Positions 48,401-61,480 of a stretch of DNA of 64,000 nucleotides are shown here, piece after piece. The notes beneath the pieces were generated by a model. It was given only the letters and a program-made list of their open reading frames with translations. It did no database searches and was not told the DNA's origin. The first letter of the stretch is position 1. Every line of letters starts with the position of its first letter. A program made the translations under genes and the position numbers. Origin of the DNA: Stegostoma tigrinum (Eukaryota); NCBI RefSeq assembly GCF_030684315.1, contig NC_081365.1:39027830-39091829 (forward strand). The letters are read 5' to 3'.

Positions 48401-50709
48401 ATTAAGTTATTTCAACAGCCTCTTCACTTCCTCCCCCTGGAGTATTAAATATTTGCAGCCTCTCTTTAGTTTTTCTTGTTGTGTTACCTTGCTGTCACTG
48501 TGTTTAGTGGTAGTGACTTCAGACCCAGAGAGCAGGGTGTTAAACATAAGCTGCCCTTACCTGGAATCTGATTTTTCCAAACTACATTTCCTGTAATTCT
48601 CACTTCCATTATGAAGATCTCCAAGGTCAGTGCACAGCACTGGTTACCAGAACCAGACCTCAAAGTCCCTGAATGTCAATTGGCATGCATGGAACCTTCA
48701 AAAGACTTCTACATGATAACTTGGGTGGGGGGGAGGTCTATTGTTCCCACAGATGTCTGCCTAATGCACAATTTTAATTGATCTTTTACCCTTTTTAAGA
48801 GTTGCTCACCAGATCCATGATCTTTGTTTGGTTCTCTTACTCGAAGCCTGCAACTAAGGCATTGGGATTTTCTTCACAGGCTGCTATGATTCTCTGTGTA
48901 GCCTTCATAAACTATTTCTGACTCCCCAGTTTGACTATGGAGTTGCTTTGGGAGTTCATCAACTGTTGTTCTTCTGCTGTTTTGGCATTGCAAATTCCGT
49001 ACTCTGTGGTCCATCACTGCTATCCCCATGTCATTTAGGGGAATGTGGTGGGGTAATGGGTAATGTCACTGGACTAGTAATCCCGAACCCAAGGTTAATG
49101 TCCTGGGGATATGTGTTCAAATCACGCCACAGCAGATGGTCAAAATTTGAGTTCAACAAAAAGTCACTCTAATAGTGACAATGTAACCATTGTAAATTGT
49201 CATAAACACTCATTCAGTTCAAAATCCCTTTAGGGAGGAAACCCGCCATGCCTCTCGAGTCTAGATGCGACTACAAACTTACAGCAATGTAGCTGATTTG
49301 GCCCTAGCCATTGATCCAGACATCTCATGAGGAAATAGATGTTGATTAGTTTTGGAATGATGACCTAATTGTCAGTATTTTCAAATAACAGCTGATTAAT
49401 TACATACTGCTGAATTATAACTCTGTGCGGTGAGGTCCTACATTGTTGAAGCCATGATCATTCTCCCAATATTTCTGAGTCATATGTCATCTTATGTAAT
49501 TATGTCGCAGTCATTAACATTTACAAACCTAAATACAACAGAGTTCAGTGGCAAAAACATGCTGAATGATAGGGAGATAGGATGTCTCAGGAGATGTGAC
49601 TTTAATTGGAACAACCTGTACCATGAAGAAACCAATTAGAAATAAACAGAGAATACAAAATATAAGAGGTTTGCTATTGTTCATTCTAGTGGAGACAGTG
49701 CAGAACTTACTGAACAGAAAATAGAGAAGCAAATGGTGCGATTGTTATTTTAAATAACGTAAAGCATTTAAAAATTATTAGATGTTATTTAAAAATTATT
49801 AAAAATTATTATAGCACCACCTGCAGACATAACATGGTACAGGCACCTTAAAAATGCTTCAATGACTGAAATGCCATATAATAGACTGAAGTTGTTGAAG
49901 GCATTGTATGAAAATATTTTGTTTATAGATCCAATTCTATGAACTATTTCAAGGCAAATGCAGGAAGGATGTTCTGAATGACCAGGGTGTCCAGAACGAA
50001 GGGTCACAGTTTAAGGATACAAGGTAGGGCATTTAGGACTGAGATGAGGAGAAATTCCTTCACCCAGAGGGGTAAGCGTGTGGAATTCTCTACCACAAAA
50101 TCAGTCGAGGTTAAAAGATTGAATGTCTTCAAGAAGAAGTTAGATGTAGTTCTTAGGATGAAAGGGCGATCAGTGAAAGTGGAAAGAGGATACTGATTAA
50201 TTGTAATCATATTGACTGTTAGAGCAGGCTGAATGGCCTACTCCTGCTCCTATTTTCTATGTGCCTATGTTTCTATTTCCCATTTCGATGCATAACTAAT
50301 CAGTGTCTGGTGATTTTGCACTTAGGATGTCAAGATCTATGGTCTATTCAGATCGATCAATTTACAGGCAGGAATAATTGAATTAGGGCAAGAAACACAA
50401 CAAAAAGTGCAGCCGGTTGGCTGATTTGCAATACTGAATGATACCAGCAATAGGGGTTCCATTCCCACACCAGTTGAGCTTAACATAAAGGACCTGCCTT
50501 CACAACCTCACCCCCGTGCCTGAGCTGTGGTGATCTTCAGGTTCAACCACACCTCTCATTCAACTCTAATGCGAGAGCAGTCCTCTGAGATGATTGTTAC
50601 TGTACTCGACAATAGGGTTTTGATAAAACTGCACCTGGAGTACCATGCACAAGGGATCACAAAAGATCGTAGTCCAGTTGAAAACATACTGTTGTTTTGT
50701 CTTCACAAA

Positions 50710-52010
50710 GGACACAAATAATATGTCAAAAATATTGGGGAAAACAGGATCTAGTGGGAGGGGGGAACTGAAGGAAATCAGTATTAGAAGGGAAATAATG
50801 TTGGAAAAATTGACAGGATCATAAATCCCAGGGCTGACCAATCTACATCCCATAGTAATTAAGAAAGTGCCTATAAACTATTGGATACATTGGTGGTCAT
50901 CTTTCAAACTTCTATAGGCTCTGGGATAGTTCCAACGGTTTGTAGGAAAGCTAATGTAAAGCCACTGTTAAAAAAAAGAGCTAGAGAGAAAAAGGAATTA
51001 TAGGCTGGTTAGTTTGAAATCTGTAGCAGGGTAAATGTTACAGTCCCTCATTATAGATTAATAGCAGAACATTTTAATAGCAGAGTGAAAAACAATTATA
51101 GGATCAGACAGATTCAGTATGGATTTACAAAAAAGGGAAATCATGCATAACACATCTACCAGAATTTTTTGAACATGTAATTAGTTGGGTTGATGAGGGG
51201 GAGCCAGAGGATGTGGTTTAGTTAGACTTTCAGAAGACTTCCAGTAATGTAATACATAGGACATTAGCATGTAAAATTAAAGCATGTGAGATTGGGGATA
51301 ATGTACTGACATGAATAGAGAGCCAGCTGACAGACAAGGTACAAAATGTCAGAATAAACAGGCCTTTTCCCAAATGGCAGGAAGTGACTAGTGGGAATAG
51401 TGCTTGGATCCCAGCTATTCATTAATATATATATAAATGATTAGATGAGGGAACTAAATAGAATATCTTCAAGTTTGCAGGCAACACAAAGCTGGGTGGG
51501 AGAGTGAGCCATGAGCAGAATCTTCAATATGATTTGATAAGTGACTCAGGGGCAAATGTACACAGAGGCAGTATAATGTGGATAAATGTGAGGCTATCCT
51601 CCTTGGTTGTAGAAAGAGTATGGCAGATTACTATCTGAATGGTGATAGATTACAAAAGGGGGAGTTGCCGCGAGATCAGAGTGTCCCATAGAATAGTCAG
51701 TGAAAATAAATATGGAGGTGCAGCAGGCAGTAAAGAGGAAAAATATTATGTTAGTCTTCTTAGCAAAAAGATTTGAGTAGAGAAGCAAGGATGTCCTCCT
51801 GCAATTTTACAGAGCCTTGGACTGAGGAGAAATGTCTTGCATGAGAAAGTAGTGAACCTGTGGAATGCTCTGCCACAGAAAGCTAAAGGGATCGACATGT
51901 ATGGAGACATATAAGGAACAGGGTACTGTGTTGGATGATCAGCCATGAATATATTGAATAGTGCAGCAGGCTCAAAGGGCTGAAATAACCTACCCCCGCT
52001 CCTATTTTTG
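50710..52010 (+). mobile_element. Degraded CR1 RT region
   Basis: KSPG/NVKPL/QYGF/LDFQK/KFA remnants and a CR1 3' tail at ~51935-52010. Confidence 0.7.
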
Positions 52011-53119
52011 ATGTTCCTTTGTGTGCTTGTCTAAGCAAGGATGTTAGTTCCTCTGGAGATGTTGCATAGTGCATTTACTAATGTAGTTTTTAATTCTTAT
52101 ATTCTTACTTAGGAGGAAGAAGGGAATTTGTATAGCTTTGATTGGAGGTCAGTTCCAGGTATTGAAAGTTATTGCTGGGGTTTCAGTTGGGGGTGGGAAT
52201 ACTCGAAGGGTGCTCAGCGGAGGCAGAAGAGATTTTCTTCCAAACAAACTACTCAGTCGGGGCAAATTCTGTGTCCTACAGATGAAACAGACACAAAAAC
52301 TCCGTTTTACAAGCACCATTCCGAAGACCAGCCATTTTTCCTGGAGATCAGAAGGGTTAGCAGTATGCATTGGTCATGAATTATGTGATTACATGTCTCA
52401 TTAAGCCTGATCGTGTTGTGGCACAGTGGTAATGTCCCTACTCCTGGAGCTGGAAGCCTAGGTTCAAGTCCCACCAATTCCAGAGATGTGTAATAACATT
52501 TCTGAACAGGTTGGTAAGAGAAATAAGTTAAGCCTGATTGTCAGAGACCACGTGGAATTCACCAGCCTTTAAATATTCAATTAAAGGAAATTGTGACTCA
52601 TACATAACAATGTCAGACAGAGCAGTCTGGTCCCATAGAGGAAGTTACAATGTTCAAGAAAGTGACAGAGAGATAGATCTGGATATTGTCAAAGAAAGAT
52701 GACCCATCTAGCAGAACTAGATAGTAGAGGAAATGAAATGAAGAAGAAAAGGAGTATAGTGTTAAATATCACAGCGTGTCAAAGAATAAAGAGAGTCTGT
52801 TTCTGTCTTTTCCTCAAATTAAAATCAAGTTAGCATGAACAAGTGAAATCCACTGACCACGCAATGTGTACATACCTCTGTTTCATGTTTAGTAGAATTT
52901 CACAATGAGGATGAAGTAACATATGAGCAGCATGAATAAAATATAGCGGACAATTGACAGGAGAGTGTTCAAAGTGATCTTGGCTTCTGCAACACAATCA
53001 GGCTGAATAAAATATAATCCTTCAATTGTAAGAAAACTATGATTTTTATCACAAAGTGAAATCCAAAATCATTGATAAGTGAGGGAAATCAGCAGCCAAT
53101 CTTAAAAGATGGTGCTGCA

Positions 53120-53395
53120 GGAACAGATAACACAGTGTGGAGCTGGAGGAACACAGCAGGCCAGGCAGCATCAGAAGAGCAGGAAAGTTGATGTTTCGGT
53201 TTAGGACCCTTCTTCAGAAAGATCATCCTATGCAGAATTAAATAGTAGAGGAAATGTAATGAAGAAGAAAGGGTTTCTGAAGAAGGGTCCCAACCTAAAA
53301 TTCAACTTTCCTGCTCCTCTGATGCTGCCTGACCTGCTGTGTTCCTCCAGCTCAACACTGTCTTATCTCTGACTCTAGCATCTGCAGTTCTTGCT
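53120..53395. mobile_element. PLE family B fold-back with a locally derived spacer
   Basis: Inverted arms. The spacer 53216-53273 resembles 52693-52752. Confidence 0.75.
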
Positions 53396-54789
53396 AACCC
53401 CACTGTAGGAAGAGATTTCTTCAGATCTCTGTTTTAACAAAATCTATTCTGTGGAACAGACAAACGAAGGCTGACTCTCCCTCCTCCTGCTTCTGTTCTT
53501 GCTTCTGGCAGAAGATTTTGTCTCAGCTCCTGCCAAAGCCCCAGCCTCTGTCTGCCTCCTCAGCCTCCCCTTCAATGGCGCGTGTGGTATAGATGCCATT
53601 ATTTCATACAGTATGTACAGGAATGACTGCATTGGTGCATGCAGCAACATTTCTTGCAGCCTGCCCTGTCGCAGGCAACTGGCATCTGAGGTCACATCTG
53701 CAGTTTGCAGCAGCCATTTAGTGATGTAGGTAATCATTCTGTTGAAAGACTTTAGAGCTATTAGTAGCTAATTCAAGTTGCAAGAACCAGTTCAATAAAA
53801 ATTGGAAGGGAAATAAAGGCTTATCTTTGTACTTTATTTATTTTTTCTAGGCATCGGAAAGTATAAAAGAAGATGTTTCTTTGGGCGTTGCTGACAATTT
53901 TAGCACAATTTCCAAGTTGTGCGTAGTCATCAAGTGAGGGCTCAGTGCTGTCAATTCCTTCCCTTTCCAAAAATGCAAGTTCTTCTTTGTCTCATCCCAT
54001 CTCTATTATTTCTGCCCACCGTTACTTATAATGAGAGATAATTAAAATATAAAGAGGAAATTCTGATGGGGAAGTGAAAAATAACAATAGTATAATGCAC
54101 TTACTTTCATAGGGGTCATATTTGTGAAACTCATCTGTGAAAATTAAATTTAAGAAAGTTAGTATTAAGAAACAAACTTCCAGCAGTAAGTATTTCAGAA
54201 GTGTGATCATTTTTGGCACTCCATTGTTATTATAATCACAAATAAATAAAGATGAACATGATGTGATAAAGTTTCATCTAAAAATGTGTTCTATCTCTCA
54301 ACAGATGCTCAGAATAAGACCAAAGTATAGTTTTCTCAGGAATGACAGTGTAGCTTAAGTTGTTGCTTTTGCCAAGTTTTGTGACATTCACATCAAACCC
54401 TAGAAATTGATACAAGGAATAAATTTGAGGTAGCAAACAAGATCTTCATAGAGATCTAATGACAAAGTTGGGGGAGTAGGTTGGTGGAACCAACGTGAAA
54501 TCACGACTACTTCTAATGTGCACAACTTGAATTTGGATTCTTAACATAAAGTGTTCAAATCTGTAAATGAAGAATAGAAGACATAATCGCATCAAAGGAA
54601 GCCCCTCAAAGGGTACAGAACAAATTCCATAAAAACTATAAATGAGCAGAACAATGGCAAACTAAATTTATCCAGATACACATCAAGTAACTCACAAAGA
54701 AGTAAAAGAGAAACTCATGAAGAAATAAAAGAGAAACCCAAAAAGAAATAAAAGAGAAATTATATGCAAATTCCATGAGATCATTAAGG

Positions 54790-55612
54790 ATAAAGCAGAG
54801 CTGGGCTGACAGGTGGCAAACGGAGTTTAATGCAGACAAGTGTGAGGTGATGCACTTTGGTAGGAGTAACCGGAAGGCAAAGTACAGGGCTAATGGTAAG
54901 ATTCTTAGCAGTGTAGATGAGCAGAGAGATCTCGGTGTGCATGTACACAGATCCTTGAAAGTTGCCACCCAGGTTGACAGGGCTGTTAAGAAGGCATACA
55001 GTGTTTTAGCTTTTATTAATAGAGGGATCGAGTACCGGAACCAAGAGGTTACGCTGCAGCTGTACAAAACTCTGGTGCGGCCGCACTTGGAGTATTGTGT
55101 ACAGTTCTGTTCACCGCATTAAAAGAAGGATGTGGAAGCTTTGGAAAGGGTGCAGAGGAGATTTACTAGGATGTTGCCTGGTATGGAGGGAAGGTCTTAC
55201 GAGGAAAGGCTGAGGGACTTGAGGCTGTTTTCATTAGAGAGAAGAAGGTTGAGAGGTGACTTAATTGAAACATATAAAATTATCAGAGGGTTAGATAGGG
55301 TGGATAGGGAGACCCTTTTTCCTAGGATGGTGACGGCGAGCACGAGGGGGCACAGCTTTAAACTGAGGGGTGAAAGATATAGGACAGATGTCAGAGGTAG
55401 TTTCTTTACTCAGAGAGTAGTAAGGGAGTGGAACACTTTGCCTGCAATGGGAGTAGTTGCGCCAACTTTAAGTACATTTAAGCCATCATTGGACAAGCAT
55501 ATGGACGTACACGGATTAGTGTAGGTTAGATGGGCTTGAGATCGGTATGACAGGTCGGCACAACATCGAGGGCTGAAGGGCCTGTACTGTGCTGTAATGT
55601 TCTATGTTCTAA
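54790..55612 (+). mobile_element. Young 5'-truncated CR1/HER1
   Basis: Nearly open ORF2 C-terminus (ORFs 54775-55122 and 55132-55524) and the tail TGTTCTATGTTCT. Confidence 0.9.
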
Positions 55613-56589
55613 AGCCAAAACAGTCATAGAAGTCTAAGTACAGTCATAATGTTATAGAGTTGTACAGCATGGAAACAGACCCTTCAGTCCAACACGTCCA
55701 TGCCAACCAGATATCCTAAATTAATCTAGTCCTATTTTCCAGCAATTGGCCCATATCCCCCAAACGTCCTATTCATGTACCCATCCAGATGCCTTTTAAA
55801 TAATGTAATTGTACCAGTCTCCACCAGCTTCTCTGGCAGCTCATTCCATAGACACATCACCCTCTGCGTGCTTGCTGGTTATTTTTTAATCCCACAACAT
55901 TCTGTCTTCAATTCCCACCTCACCTCCTAGTTGCCTGTAATGAATTCTAACAGTGTGTAATTGATGAGTTTCAATTCTAGGCAGTAAGAAATTGGGAATA
56001 ATTATTCCTGTTACCCTCCATAGACCTCAGGGTGACAAACAGCTTTCACCATGACAACTGCCCCAGCCCCTCACACCCGGTCACTTCCCCTACTCCACAT
56101 CATCACTAAAACAATATTTTCCACCATTGAGCAACATAAGTAAAACTACTGAAAGGTGATTCTGCCTTTGATTTCAAACCCAAGTCAAATGTCCTTTCTG
56201 AATGAAGGCTTGGACTTTGTTTTCTTAAAATCCGGCTGCAGCAGCAACCAGCACAGGAAATGAGTCAGGCACCATCTTGCTGCACTTGACATGTATACTT
56301 AACCCTGTCAGCATGGCCAGCCAATGAGGTACACAAATAATAATCAATTATAATCAATACATCCTAAACATTAGAATATATATTTTTATTCACTTGTGGG
56401 ATGTGAGCATCGCTGGTTGCCCAGCATTTATTGCCCATCTCTAGTTGCCCTTGAGAAGGTGGTGGTGAGCTGCCTTCTTGAACTGCTGTAGTCAACCTGC
56501 CGTGGGTTGCCCCACATTGCCATTAAGGAGGGAATGACCTTTCAGGGGCTAGCAGCAGCAGTCAGGTAGTGGCACTGTGACCAGCTCTG

Positions 56590-59500
56590 AGGCTCAGATG
56601 GAAAGGGTACAGTCAAACAGAGTGAAACTGACAGGAGACTCAATTTTGAGGGGGACAGACAGGAAATTCTGTTATTGCTGAAGATGCACCAGGGTAGTGT
56701 GTTGCCTCCCAAGTGCCAGTGTCAAGGATGTCTCTAAACGGTTGCAGAACATTTTGAAGGGGGAAGGATGAACAGCCAGAGGTCATTGTGCACATCAGTA
56801 CAAATGACATGAGTGGTCAAAGGGATGGGGTCTCGCAACATGAGGGGAGGGAGTTAGGTAATAAGTTAAAAAGCAAGGACCTCGAGTAGTGGTCTCCAGA
56901 TTACTCCCAGTGCCACGTGCCGGTGAGGCTAGAAATAGAAAGGTAGGCTATATGAATGCGTGGCTGAGGAGTGTAGGGGGCAGGGTTTTCAGTTCTTGGA
57001 TCATTGGGATCTCTTCTGGGGTAGAGGTGACCTGGACAAGAGGGATGGGTTGCATTTGAACCAGAGGGGCTCAAATATCCTTGCAAGGAGATTTGCTAGT
57101 ACTAGCCGGGAGAGTTTAAATTAGTTTGGCAGGGGATGGAACTCTGAATAAGACAGGGATCATTGAGAAGTCAGGGGAAAATACATTAGCCATCAAGAGC
57201 AAGTTTACTATTCAGGATAGCCAGGGGCACAGTAAAGGGAAGGAAAGTGCATTTATTTCAATGCATGAGGCCTGACTGCCAAGGCAGATGAACTCAGAGC
57301 ATGGATAGGCTCTAGGGACTGGGATATGATAGCCTTAACAGAAACATGGCAGAGAGAAGGGCAGGATTTGCAGCTCAATGTTCCAGGATACAGAAGCTAC
57401 AGGCATGACAGAAGTACAAGTAAGTAAAGATGGAATATTGCCCTTTTGTAAGGGAGGACATAACAACAGTGCTTAGAGAGGATATTCTTAAGTGGTTATC
57501 AAATGAAGAACTTGGAAACAAGAAGGGGCTAGTCACTCTGTTGGGATTTTATTATAGACCCCCAAATAGCCAGTGGGTACTAGAGGAGCAGATGTGTAGA
57601 GAGATTGCAGATACTTGCAGGAATAATAGAGTAGTATTGGTTGGAGATTTTAATTTCCCCTGTACTGACTGCACCGCCTAGAGTGTAAAAGGCCCGGAAG
57701 CGGTGGAATTTTTCAAATGTGTCCAAGAAGGCTTCCTAAATCAATATGTAGAGGGCCCCATCGGGAGCGTGCAACACTCTATCTCCTCTTTGGAAACAAG
57801 GTCGGGCAAGTGATTGAAGTATCAATTGGAGAACACTTTGGTTCCAGTGACCATAACTCTCTTAGTTTTAACACAGTTATGGAAAAAGATAGGACTGGTA
57901 CACAGTTTAAGGTGCTAAATGAGATCAGAGCCAAATTTGGGTCCATTAGGCAGGATCAAGCAACGATCAACTGGGTTTGAAGGAAAAGAAACAACTGGCA
58001 AGTAAGAGGCTTTTAAAAGTGTGATATCAGGAGTCCAGGGACAGTGTGTGTAGGGATCCCTGGCTGACAAGGGATATTGAGGCTCCGGTCAAGAATAAGA
58101 AGGCTTCCCTTGGGTTTAAACTATCAGGCTCAACTGAAGCCCAAGATGACTCTAAAAAGTGTAGGAGCACACTTAAAAGAGAAATCAGAAGAGCAAAAAG
58201 AGGAATGGCATAGATCTGGCAGATAAGGTTAAAGATAATCCAAAGGGCATTTATAGCTGTCTTAAGAGTAAAAGGGTGGCTAGGGAGAGAATAGGTCCGC
58301 ATAAAAATCAGCATGGCCATCAATGTGTGGAGCCACAGGAGAGGGGGGAGATTTTTAATGAATATTTCTCCTCAGTGTTTACTGAGGAGAGAATCATAGA
58401 TGCTAAGGAAATGAGGGAATTAAGTGAGATAAGAAGGTGTACAGCTGGATGAACAAGCAGCATCATTAGAGCAGGAAGGCTGACGTTTCGGACCTAGACC
58501 CTTCTTCAGAAATGGGGGAGGGGGAGGAGGTTCTGAAATAAGAGATCCACTGAGGTTTTTCCGAAGGGAGGAGGGTAACTTCTTCAGGGAAGGAATCCTT
58601 AGAAGAGGTTTCGCAGTGGGGTTAAAATTGTTTCAGAGATAGTAGGAACTGCAGATGCTGGAGGGAAATAAGTGGGAGTGTTTTGGTCCGCATACACATA
58701 CCCAGAGAGGAGGTGTTTGAAGCCTAAAAGAAGGATAAGGTGGATAAATCCCCAGGGCCGGATCAAGTCCATCCTCAGATGTTGTGGGAGGCTCGGGAAG
58801 AAATTGCAGAGGCCCTTGCAGAGATTTTTGCCTCATTTTTAGCCATTGGTGAAGTTCCAAGAAACTGGAAGGTGGCTAATGTTGTTCCATTGTTTAAGAA
58901 AGGTGGCAAAGATAAGCCAGGGACCTAAAACCCAGTGAGCCTGACATCAGTGGTAGGCAAGTTATTGGAGAAGATACTGAGGGACAGGACCAATTAACAT
59001 TTGAATAGTCAAGGTCTGAATAGGAATAGACTGAATGGATTTGTGCACGGGAAGTCATGTCTGACAAATCCTTTAGAATTTTTTAAAGAAGGAACAAAGA
59101 GAATGGATGAAGATAAGCAGTGGATATTGTCTATACGGACTTTAGTAAGGGCTTTTACAAGGTCCCCAACGTCAGGCTAGTCATGACAGTTGGGTCGCAT
59201 GGGATCTAGGGAGAGCTAGCTAACTGGATTCAAATTGGCTTAAAGGTAGGAAGCAGAGGGTGATGGTTGAAGATTGTTTCTCAGACTGGAGGCCTGTGGC
59301 AAGTAAAGTGCCACAGAGGTTGGTGCTGGGACCTTTGTTATTTGTTATTTGCATAAATGATCTGGATGTGAATGTATAAGACATGATTAGTAAGTTTGCA
59401 GATGATTTAAAATTAGGAGGTATCATTGATTGTGAAGGAGGTTATCAAAAATTACAGAGGGATCTGGATCAGATGGGCAAGTCAGCTGAGGGTTGGCAAA

Positions 59501-60200
59501 TGCAATTCAATATAGATAGGTGTGAGATGTTGCACTTTGTAAAGTCAAACCAAGGTAGGACTTATAAAGTAAGTAGTACAGTCTTGAGGAGTGTTGTGGA
59601 ATGGAGGGACCTAGGAGTACAAGTTCATGGTTTGTTGAAAGCAGTGTCACAGATCGACAGGGAGATGAAGAAGGTATTTATCACCCTGGCCTTCATCAGT
59701 TGAGGCATTGAGTGTAGGAGTTGGGACAATATGTTATGGGTGTATAAGTCATTAATGAGGCCACACTTGGAGCAGTGTGTACAGTTTTGGCCACCCTGTT
59801 TTGGGAAAAATATAGTTAAGCTGGAAAGTGTGCAAAGAAGATTTACAAGGATGTTGCCAGGATTAGTAAGCCTGAGTTATAGGAAGAGGTTGGCCAGGAT
59901 AGGACATTATTCCTTGAAATGTAGGAGAATGAGCTGTGACCTTCTTGAGGGGTATAAAATCATGAGGGACATAGATAGGATGAATGTATATAGTCTTTTT
60001 TCCCAGGGATGGTGAATTGAAAATTAGAGGGTTTGGGTTTAAAGTGAGTAGGGAAAGATTTAAGAAGGATATGAGGGGTAACTTCTTCATGCAGACAGTC
60101 TGTGTTTATGGAATGGCCTACCTGAGAAAGTGGTTGGGGCAGGTACAGGAGCAACATTTTAAAAACGTTTGGATTGGTACATGGATGAGAAGGGTTTAAA
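56590..60200 (+). mobile_element. Near full-length degraded CR1 (ORF1 SGNH-esterase remnant, APE, RT), with a PLE insertion at ~58428-58661
   Basis: GDSILRGTDR, VCCLP, VHISTND and DGLHLN in ORF1. YYRPPN, GDFNFP, SSDHNS, KSPGPD and SKFADD in ORF2. Confidence 0.85.
58482..58509 (-). ncRNA. Minimal type I hammerhead ribozyme motif
   Basis: CTGAAGA-A-GGGTCTAGGTCC-GAAA-CGTC. Confidence 0.65.
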
Positions 60201-60925
60201 CCATAAGACCATAAGACACAGGAGCAGAAATCAGGCCATTCGTCCCATCGAATCTGCTCTGCTATTCAATCATGGGTGATAAGTTCTTCAACTGCATTCT
60301 CCTGCTTTCTCCCTGTAGCCTGTGATCCCCTTAATAATCAAGAACCTATCTTTCTCAGTCATAAATGTACTCAATGACCTGGCCTCCATAGCCTTCTGTG
60401 GCAATGAATTCCATAGATTCACCACTCTCTGGCTGAAGAAGTTTCTCCTTATCTCTGCTGTAAAAGGTCTTCGCTTTACTCTAAGGCTGTACCCTTGGGT
60501 CCTAGACACCCCTACCAATAGAAGCATCTTCCCAACATGCATTTTGTCCAGACCATTCAGTATTCTGAAAGTTTCAATTTGATCCCCCCTTCTCCTTCTA
60601 AACGCCAATGAGTATAATCCCAGAGTCCTCAAACGTTCCTCATATGTTAAGCTTTCCATTCCTGGGGCCATTCTCGTGAACTCCACTGAACCTGCTCCAT
60701 GGCCAGTACATCCTTCCTGATATGGAGCCCAAAACTGCACACATACTCCAAATGTGGCCTGACCAGAGCCTTATAAAGCCTCAGTAGTACATCCCTACTT
60801 TTATGTTCAAGTCCCCTCAAAATAAATGCCAACATTGTATTTGCCTTCCTGACTATTGACTCAACCTGCAAGTTTATCTTGAAAGAATCCTGGACGAGAA
60901 CTCCCGAGTCTCTTTGCACTTCAGT
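60200..60925 (-). mobile_element. CR1 3' fragment
   Basis: ORFs 60647-60973 and 60288-60740 (LYKALVRPHLEY, LWNSLP) and a (CCATAAGA)n tail. Confidence 0.88.
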
Positions 60926-61034
60926 GAGGGATATGGACCAAATGCGGGCAATTGGAACTAGTTGAGAGGGCACCGTGGTCAGGATGGACCAGTTTGTGCT
61001 TTAGGGCCTGTTTCCATGCTGTATGATTCTATGT

Positions 61035-61480
61035 GGTGAGTCCAGTTGAGTTTTGATCAATGATAACTCCCAGAGTGTGAATAATGGGGATTCCATGTCG
61101 GTAACACCATTGAATGTCAGGGGATGTTGGGTTAGATTGTCTCCTATTAGTGATGGTCGGTGGCTGGCATTTGTGTGGCGCGAATGTTACTTGCCACTTG
61201 TCAGTGCAAACCTGGATATTGTCCAGATCTTGTTGCACTTGGACACAGACTGCATCAGTGTTGGAGGAGTCACGAATGGTACTGAACATTATGCAATCAT
61301 CGGCGAACAACCCCACTTCTGACATTCTGATGGAGGGAAGGTCAATGATTATGCAGCTGAAGATGGTTGGGCCCAGGACACTACCCTGAGGAACTCCAGC
61401 AGAAATGCCCTGGAGCTGAGGTGACGGACCTGCAACAACCACAACCCATCTTCCTCTGTTAGAGACAGTCATAACCAAGC
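61035..61480 (-). mobile_element. L2/CR1-clade RT fragment (different family)
   Basis: GVPQGSVLGPTIFSCII.DLP...GLFADD...WQVTFAPHKC. Confidence 0.8.

Noticed and set aside
53444-53737. GC-richer unique segment with short ORFs on both strands
   Set aside because: No recognisable protein similarity or splice pattern. It could be regulatory, but this cannot be supported from sequence alone.
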